Of a stretch of 64,000 nucleotides of DNA, positions 58,559 through 64,000 are shown piece by piece (the stretch's first letter is position 1; every line of letters starts with the position of its first letter). The translations under genes and the position numbers were made by a program. The notes under the pieces are model-generated. The model ran no database searches and was not told the DNA's origin. It saw only the letters and a program-made list of their open reading frames with translations. Source of the DNA: an uncultured Desulfurellales bacterium (GTDB lineage Bacteria > Campylobacterota_A > Desulfurellia > Desulfurellales > CAZERD01); assembly GCA_964515405.1 (NCBI GenBank), contig CAZERD010000002.1, positions 1,568 to 65,567 on the forward strand, given 5' to 3'.

Positions 58559-60094
58559 ATGGAATTTAAAAGCTTACTGTTCCCCGAAGGTTATCCAAAG
58601 AGAGCAGAAATGCCACCATACTTCCACGACCTCCACCTTGACAGAATAGTAAATGACATAACCAGAGAAAGAGATGAATACAACCTCAAACCCCTATTCT
58701 ACACGAGCCTCAGAGACCCCGAGCTCATAAAATACAGACAGGAAATAGCATCCGAAATAGAAAAGCCACAAATACTACATCTAATAAAAGGTTTTTCAAA
58801 CTCCATCAATAAGGTCCGCGAGTATCTTAAAAGGGCAGAGCAATCACATTATCAGTACCAAAAGGAAAGATGGATACTCGACGGAGCATCTATATACTGC
58901 CAATCTGTAATAACACTTAAAAAGGAACTTGAAAAGTCCCAGCTAAGAGCCCGTGGTTTCTTAGACTTCATAGGATATATCTCATCATACGTAAAGTCCC
59001 AACCATTCACTGCGCTCCTCAAAGACACTAAAGAGACAAAAGATGCCTTAAGCAGTATTAAATATGCTCTCTTCATCAAGGAAAACAAAATAAAGGTACA
59101 GAGATACAATGGGGAGAAAGACTACGGAGAAGAAATACTGAGTGTCTTTGAAAGGTTCAAAGCCCCAGACGCCGAAGAGATACATATCGAAGTATCAGAC
59201 AGCGGTATAATGAACCACATTGAAGCAAAGATATTAGAGCTTGTGGCAAGGCTATACCCAAAAGAATTCAGTATGCTAGAGAATTTTTATAGCAAACACA
59301 AAACATTTATGGATAGCATGATCATAAGTTTTGAGAGGGAAGCACAGTTTTATGTGGCCTATATAGAGTACATACAGCCTCTTGAAGATATGGGCTTACA
59401 CTTCTGCTATCCAGATATATCAGACAAAGACGATATACTCAACAGGAATGGTTTTGATATTGCCTTGGCCCACACGATAATGAAGCAAAACAAAGGGAGA
59501 GTTGTACCCAATGACTTCGACCTGAAAAATGGAGAAAGGATATTCATAATAACTGGCCCCAACCAGGGCGGGAAAACAACATTTGCAAGGGCTTTCGGTC
59601 AAATACACTACCTATTCTCACTGGGACTAAAGGTTCCTGGCTCCGAATCCAGACTTCCTATATTCGATAGAATATATACGCATTTTGAAAGGGAAGAAAC
59701 AACAAGGAGTCTCAGGGGTAAACTGGAAGATGAACTCATTAGAATGAAGGAAATATTAGACAAAGCCACAGGGGATAGTATTATAATAATGAATGAATCT
59801 TTCTCCTCAACAAGTTTGGAGGATGCCCTTTTCTTAGCCAGTAGCATACTGAAACAGATACTTGATCTTGATGCAGTGGGTTTATTTGTCACCTTTATGT
59901 ATGAGCTATCCAGGATGGATAAGAGGATAGTAAGTCTCACGAGCACAGTTAGAAAGGATGATGTAACCCAGAGAACTTACAAAATTATCAGAAGAATGGC
60001 TGACGGCATATCTTATGCTCTATCGATAGCGAATAAGCACTGCCTCACATATAACTGCCTTATCAACAAACTAAAGAAGAGACTGGATGCATGA
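58559..60094 (+). CDS. MutS-related ATPase (domain III/V-like only), paralog A
   Basis: C-terminal MutS domain V with Walker A ITGPNQGGKTTFARAFGQ. The Walker-B position reads IIIMNESFSSTS, and the TH motif is degenerate (VTFMYEL). The N-terminal ~300 aa are helical, with no domain I and no Smr. Confidence 0.75.
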   Translation: MEFKSLLFPEGYPKRAEMPPYFHDLHLDRIVNDITRERDEYNLKPLFYTSLRDPELIKYRQEIASEIEKPQILHLIKGFSNSINKVREYLKRAEQSHYQYQKERWILDGASIYCQSVITLKKELEKSQLRARGFLDFIGYISSYVKSQPFTALLKDTKETKDALSSIKYALFIKENKIKVQRYNGEKDYGEEILSVFERFKAPDAEEIHIEVSDSGIMNHIEAKILELVARLYPKEFSMLENFYSKHKTFMDSMIISFEREAQFYVAYIEYIQPLEDMGLHFCYPDISDKDDILNRNGFDIALAHTIMKQNKGRVVPNDFDLKNGERIFIITGPNQGGKTTFARAFGQIHYLFSLGLKVPGSESRLPIFDRIYTHFEREETTRSLRGKLEDELIRMKEILDKATGDSIIIMNESFSSTSLEDALFLASSILKQILDLDAVGLFVTFMYELSRMDKRIVSLTSTVRKDDVTQRTYKIIRRMADGISYALSIANKHCLTYNCLINKLKKRLDA

Positions 60095-61593
60095 AAGTAC
60101 ATTTAATGTTTAAGGATAGAGATTTTAATATAAATCAACCGCTACCGCCTCACCACAAAGACTTAACATCAGACCTGGAATTAGAAATACTGTTTGAGGC
60201 CATGTCCAATGGAGACGAGCTCTTATACGATGCCTCAAAAAAAGCTCTACTCTCAAGCTTGGACGATATAGAAACCATACTATACAGACAGGGAGTGCTA
60301 AAGGACTGCATAAGAAATCCCAATACCGTCAGGGAAATATACTCCATAGCAACAGAAGCAATCCAAAAAGAAAAGGGATCTTTCTTATGGGCGTTCAGTA
60401 AAACCCCAGGGAGTATATTGTCCTCATCGGTCAGGCTTATGGAATCTTTAATAGACACACTAAAAAAACTCAAAGCAGTAGCGGATAGATATGCAGACAG
60501 CTTCACGTCCGAGGGGTTCACAAACTTTATCAATACTATAAGGGCTGAGCTAACAACGGAGTACTTCAATATCATACAAGAACATCTAAAGAGGCTCGAA
60601 TTTCGGTCCGGGATCCTTGTCAGTGCAGGCTTAGGCGAAGGTAATAGAGGAATAAATTATGTATTAAGAGAGCCCACTGGAGAGAATAAGGGGTGGAAAA
60701 CATTATTTAAAAGAGAGGAGTCCTACACCTTTTCCATACACGAGAGAGATGAAGCAGGATTCAAAGCACTCTCAGAACTGAAAGACAAAAGTTTGTATAC
60801 AGTGGCAACAGCAGCTTACAGAGTAACAGTACATGTCCTGAGCTTCTTCAAGACTCTACGTGCAGAGCTTGCATTCTACATAGGGGCCCTAAACCTTAGA
60901 AACAAACTACTTGAAATAGGAGAACCTGTGTGTTTCCCCCACCCTACGGTAAAAAATATTCGTTCCTTCAAGGGATTATATGAACCCTGTCTAGCCCTTA
61001 CATCTCAAAAGATTGTTGTGGGCAACGATCTCAGTAGCGAGGGAGTAAACATCGTATTTATAACCGGAGCCAACCAGGGTGGAAAATCTGTGTTCCTAAG
61101 AAGCATTGGTGTAGCACAGATTATGATGCAATGCGGCATGTTTGTGCCTGCCTCTGAATACTCAGGCCGTGTGTGCCCATCTATCTTCACACACTTCAAA
61201 AGACAAGAAGACGAAGAGATGGAGAGCGGCAAGTTTGACGAAGAAATGAAAAGAATGAGCTTTATAGTAGATAGAATTAACAAGGGGTCCTTGGTGTTGT
61301 TTAATGAGTCTTTTGCTTCTACTAACGAACTTGAGGGATCCGAGGTAGCCAAACAAATATTAATGGGGCTAATGGAAAGCGGAATTGAGTCATTTTATGT
61401 AACACATATGTACAGGTTGACCGAGGAATTCTTCAAAAAAGGGATCGATGGCGTTCTCTTTCTAAGGGCTCATAGAGATGAAGATGGAAGAAGAACGTTT
61501 AAAATAATACCGGGGGAACCCCTACACACAAGCTTCGGAAAGGACCTGTATATTAGGGTATTTGGAGACCTAACAACTGGAAATAACCCTTGA
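60091..61593 (+). CDS. MutS-related ATPase (domain III/V-like only), paralog B
   Basis: Overlaps paralog A by ATGA. Has Walker A ITGANQGGKSVFLRSIG, SGKFDEEM and Walker-B position LVLFNESFASTN. The TH motif is kept (VTHMYRL). No domain I and no Smr. Confidence 0.75.
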   Translation: MKVHLMFKDRDFNINQPLPPHHKDLTSDLELEILFEAMSNGDELLYDASKKALLSSLDDIETILYRQGVLKDCIRNPNTVREIYSIATEAIQKEKGSFLWAFSKTPGSILSSSVRLMESLIDTLKKLKAVADRYADSFTSEGFTNFINTIRAELTTEYFNIIQEHLKRLEFRSGILVSAGLGEGNRGINYVLREPTGENKGWKTLFKREESYTFSIHERDEAGFKALSELKDKSLYTVATAAYRVTVHVLSFFKTLRAELAFYIGALNLRNKLLEIGEPVCFPHPTVKNIRSFKGLYEPCLALTSQKIVVGNDLSSEGVNIVFITGANQGGKSVFLRSIGVAQIMMQCGMFVPASEYSGRVCPSIFTHFKRQEDEEMESGKFDEEMKRMSFIVDRINKGSLVLFNESFASTNELEGSEVAKQILMGLMESGIESFYVTHMYRLTEEFFKKGIDGVLFLRAHRDEDGRRTFKIIPGEPLHTSFGKDLYIRVFGDLTTGNNP

Positions 61594-61636
61594 CAATGGT
61601 GTATAATCTTAATATACTTTGCACTGCTTTTGTCTG

Positions 61637-61712
61637 GGGCCCATAGCTCAGCTGGTAGAGCCACCGGCTCATAACCGGTTGGTCCCAGGTTCGAGTCCTG
61701 GTGGGCCCACCA
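61637..61712 (+). tRNA. tRNA with anticodon CAT (elongator Met type; the Ile2/lysidine type is not excluded), CCA encoded
   Basis: The hand-folded cloverleaf has acceptor GGGCCCA/TGGGCCC and D arm GCTC-AGCTGGTA-GAGC. The anticodon arm is ACCGG-CTCATAA-CCGGT, and the T arm is CCAGG-TTCGAGT-CCTGG. The discriminator is A, followed by CCA. G1-C72 is paired, so this is not an initiator. Confidence 0.9.
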
Positions 61713-61719
61713 CTTACTA

Positions 61720-62505
61720 ATGAAGGTTTTGGAGTTAGTTTCAGTACTTGAAACATATTTTCCCAAATCCCTCCAAGAAGGTTGGGATAATTCCGGACTT
61801 CAAGTTTCCCCAGAGGATGATTCCATAGACGGTATATTGCTGTGCCTTGATGTAGGATTAGAATCTATTAGTGAAGCACGAACAAAAAAATGTAATCTTA
61901 TAATATCTCACCATCCGCTTATATTCAGAGATCTCAAGTCCGTTGACAAAAATATATATCCAGGGAACGTGATATACAGCGCTGTAAAACACGGTATTGG
62001 CATCTACAGTTTCCATACGAACCTGGATAAGGCAAACGGAGGATTAAATGATTTCCTCTGTAACCTATTAGGTCTACAGGACATCAGTCCCACTGAGAAA
62101 TCTCCCTTCTTAAGAATAGGTAGGCTCCCGAAGGCTATACCACTTGTAAAGCTCGTCAAACTCGTAAAAGAAATACTTGGAGTAAGCACAGTTAAGTATG
62201 TTGGAAAGGATGACTCCCTCATTGACTTAGTCTCCGTGTGCCCAGGCAGTGGAAGTAGCCTTATATACAACATCCCACGTGAAGTAGATCTGTTTATTAC
62301 TGGCGACCTAAAGCATCATGAAGCATTCTACGCCAGGGAGATAGGGATTAATGTTATAGATATCACGCACTTCTATAGCGAGACGGCCTCCAAACTACTA
62401 CTGAAGGAAAAAATAGCAGAACTATGCGGTGGAGTTAGGGTAATACTTAGTGAAACAGATAAAATACCTTGGAAATACTATGGAAGGGGAGGTGACCTTG
62501 AATAG
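61720..62505 (+). CDS. Nif3-family dinuclear metal-centre protein (YbgI/YqfO-like)
   Basis: N-terminus L......P..L.E.WDNSGLQV; ISHHPLIF; GI.IYS.HTNLD; ITGD.KHH. Confidence 0.88.
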   Translation: MKVLELVSVLETYFPKSLQEGWDNSGLQVSPEDDSIDGILLCLDVGLESISEARTKKCNLIISHHPLIFRDLKSVDKNIYPGNVIYSAVKHGIGIYSFHTNLDKANGGLNDFLCNLLGLQDISPTEKSPFLRIGRLPKAIPLVKLVKLVKEILGVSTVKYVGKDDSLIDLVSVCPGSGSSLIYNIPREVDLFITGDLKHHEAFYAREIGINVIDITHFYSETASKLLLKEKIAELCGGVRVILSETDKIPWKYYGRGGDLE

Positions 62506-63205
62506 CGATATAGAAAAGCTGTTGAGAGTGCAAGAATTTGATAGGGAAATAGCAGAACTTGAGAGGGAAATAGACTCCATAGAGAGAAAAAAGGCCAAGG
62601 TGATAGAGGTTCTCGAGAGACAAGTGGAGTTAATACACGAGACGGAGGATGAACTCAGGGAGGTCGAAGAGGACATAAGAAATAAAGAAGAACTATTAGA
62701 AAATGAAATAGATAACCTCAAGAAATTAGAGGAGAAAAGGAAGCATGTAACAACCGAGAAACAGCTACAGGCATCAAATATAGAGATAGATATAGCAAAC
62801 TCCAACAAAACCATTCTGGAAGATAAAATAACGAGTCTGAGAGATGAAGTAGAAAAGAGGAAACACCGAATTGAACAACTTAACGAAAGGTGCGACAGAA
62901 TAAGAGAGGTACTTGAGGAATACAATACAAAACATGCGAAAAGACAAGAGGAACTAAGGGACAGAATAAAGGAAATAGAAGGAGAAAAAGAGACTCTATT
63001 TAGTGATATAGACAGGGAATTGTTAAGGAGATATCTGAACATCAATAAATGGGCCCATGGTACAAGTATTGTACCCGTAAGATCCGGCGCATGCTACGGG
63101 TGCTTTATAAAACTTACACCTCAGACATTGGCTACGCTGTATGAAACCGACGAAATAGTGTACTGTGATAACTGCGGTAGGATTTTATACGTTGAAAAGG
63201 AATAG
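62480..63205 (+). CDS. Coiled-coil protein with a C-terminal C4 zinc ribbon (COG1579-like)
   Basis: About 200 aa of heptad-rich E/K/R sequence, then CYGCFIKL......IVYCDNCGRILY. The start is uncertain (ATG 62480, GTG 62492 or TTG 62498). It overlaps the nif3 3' end. Confidence 0.75.
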   Translation: MEGEVTLNSDIEKLLRVQEFDREIAELEREIDSIERKKAKVIEVLERQVELIHETEDELREVEEDIRNKEELLENEIDNLKKLEEKRKHVTTEKQLQASNIEIDIANSNKTILEDKITSLRDEVEKRKHRIEQLNERCDRIREVLEEYNTKHAKRQEELRDRIKEIEGEKETLFSDIDRELLRRYLNINKWAHGTSIVPVRSGACYGCFIKLTPQTLATLYETDEIVYCDNCGRILYVEKE

Positions 63206-63290
63206 AAGTTCATTTTGGCGACTTTTAGATGAGAATTGTATCAACCGCATCGCCTTAGAAGAGGGAATTAACCCCGAGAAACTAAAACTC

Positions 63291-63740
63291 ATGGTCAAGA
63301 GCCTTATATGCTGCATAGAGAAAAACGAGGAAAACACAAGAGCTCTAGTTTATATAGACGGTGCGTCATTTGGGAACCCAGGCAGTGCAGGTATAGGTAT
63401 AGTCGTGAAGGACCTAGATGGTTCCACCATAAGGACTGTTTCAGAATATATAGGTAAAACCACCAATAATGTTGCCGAATATACCTCTTTACTGCGAGCG
63501 ATGGACATAGTAAATAAACTTAACATCCCCTATGTGACTGTGTACAGTGATTCTGAGCTGCTAGTTAAACAAATAAACGGGGAATACTCTGTAAGAGATG
63601 ATAAGCTCAAGGAGCTGTACAGTAGAGCTCTGGGTATGATAAAGAAATTTAAAAGCTTTAGGATAATACATGTAGATAGAAACAGTAATAAGGAAGCCGA
63701 CAGACTTGCGAAGATGGGAGCATCTTATCGTATAGAGTAG
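63291..63740 (+). CDS. rnhA: Ribonuclease HI (type 1 RNase H)
   Basis: The DEDD catalytic set is present in context: YIDGAS, NNVAEYTSLL, VYSDSELLV and NKEADRLA. The ORF is open from 63165, so the N-terminus may be longer. Confidence 0.8.
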   Translation: MVKSLICCIEKNEENTRALVYIDGASFGNPGSAGIGIVVKDLDGSTIRTVSEYIGKTTNNVAEYTSLLRAMDIVNKLNIPYVTVYSDSELLVKQINGEYSVRDDKLKELYSRALGMIKKFKSFRIIHVDRNSNKEADRLAKMGASYRIE

Positions 63741-64000
63741 AAATTGATCGTATAGATAAATGTTGCGTATATGTTTAATCTATCTATGTTAAACCGCTTT
63801 GGTAGAAGGGGAAATGGTGCTGCTTCTTTGACAGCTTGAATAGCTGCTTTATCGAGCACTGGATATCCGCTGGAACGGAGAAGCTTTATATCTAGTACCT
63901 CTCCATTTCTACCTATGGTGAATAAAACTATTAAACTTCCTTCTTCGTTGCTCTCTCTAGCGTATTCCGGGTACGTCCATACGTCCTGTATTTTGTTTTT
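63725..64000 (-). CDS. TonB-family C-terminal domain protein (partial; the 5' end lies beyond the window)
   Basis: The minus-strand frame is open to the window edge. The translation is YPEYARESNEEGSLIVLFTIGRNGEVLDIKLLRSSGYPVLDKAAIQAVKEAAPFPLLP, a typical TonB_C domain. The stop is at 63725-63727 and overlaps the rnhA 3' end by 16 nt. This ORF is not in the supplied ORF track. Confidence 0.7.
   Translation of the reverse strand, partial: KNKIQDVWTYPEYARESNEEGSLIVLFTIGRNGEVLDIKLLRSSGYPVLDKAAIQAVKEAAPFPLLPKRFNIDRLNIYATFIYTINFYSIR

Noticed and set aside
58409-61712. Reading the MutS-like pair next to a tRNA gene as an integrated genomic island or defence island
   Set aside because: I saw no integrase, no direct repeat of the tRNA 3' end and no obvious compositional break by eye. 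The flanking genes are ordinary chromosomal genes. The idea is retained only as something to test under the MutS-pair finding.
61470-61766. Two minus-strand ORFs (98 and 67 aa) spanning the tRNA gene
   Set aside because: They run antisense through a canonical tRNA cloverleaf and the ends of flanking genes. There is no coding signal.
62422-63045. 207-aa minus-strand ORF, very Ser/Leu-rich
   Set aside because: It is the antisense shadow of the GAA/AAG-rich coiled-coil gene on the plus strand. It is low complexity, has no RBS, and the plus-strand gene carries a recognisable zinc-ribbon terminus.

Overview
This is a densely packed, AT-rich chromosomal window from what looks like a (hyper)thermophilic bacterium. 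The signs are AGA/AGG/ATA/AAA-rich codon usage, a di-myo-inositol-phosphate (DIP) compatible-solute operon, and an ATP-synthase c subunit with a signal-peptide-like extension. The phylum cannot be fixed from sequence alone.

I support about 66 CDS, one tRNA(CAT) and one decayed galE pseudogene. I saw no CRISPR array, transposase, integrase or prophage signature.

**Plus-strand genes, in order:**
- dksA-like, comF and lhgO
- A Liv-type ABC importer with a fused LivG-LivF ATPase
- The DIP operon (IPCT/DIPPS plus inositol-1-phosphate synthase)
- dprA and topA
- rimO, an M50 protease and trpS
- An orphan wzz followed by the galE remnant
- An NCS1 permease, a CoADR/Nox-type flavoprotein and thrC
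- rpsO-pnp and an M16 peptidase
- A class-V aminotransferase, hisZ-purA, a HIT protein, aroQ and a CDF transporter
- A TCA block, mdh-fumAB-sdhCDAB
- mlaEFD and a CoA-type Nudix hydrolase
- An hcpR-like regulator
- Two tandem MutS-domain-V ATPases
- tRNA(CAT), then nif3, a Zn-ribbon protein and rnhA

**Minus-strand genes:**
- arsR plus an unknown ORF
- dedA, an MFS transporter and a secreted lyase-like protein
- A 7-kb tight array: degenerate CBS-DHH protein, hppA, purS, purQ, hemL, atpZ, atpI, atpB, atpE
- acs, a cupin protein and hcp
- A secreted Ntn-hydrolase-like protein
- A partial tonB C-terminus

**Most interesting candidates:**
1. A translationally coupled pair of MutS-like ATPases. 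Both lack mismatch-binding and nuclease domains and both have Asn in place of the Walker-B Asp.
2. A truncated CBS-DHH pseudo-pyrophosphatase directly upstream of the membrane H+-PPase. Three of its four catalytic motifs are lost.
3. A 123-nt mosaic tandem duplication inside the topA zinc-ribbon region.
4. Several unusual architectures: a fused LivGF, a CDF with two C-terminal domains, a long MlaD, and a minimal degenerate GGDEF protein.

All functional calls rest on motif recognition by eye. No database search was run.
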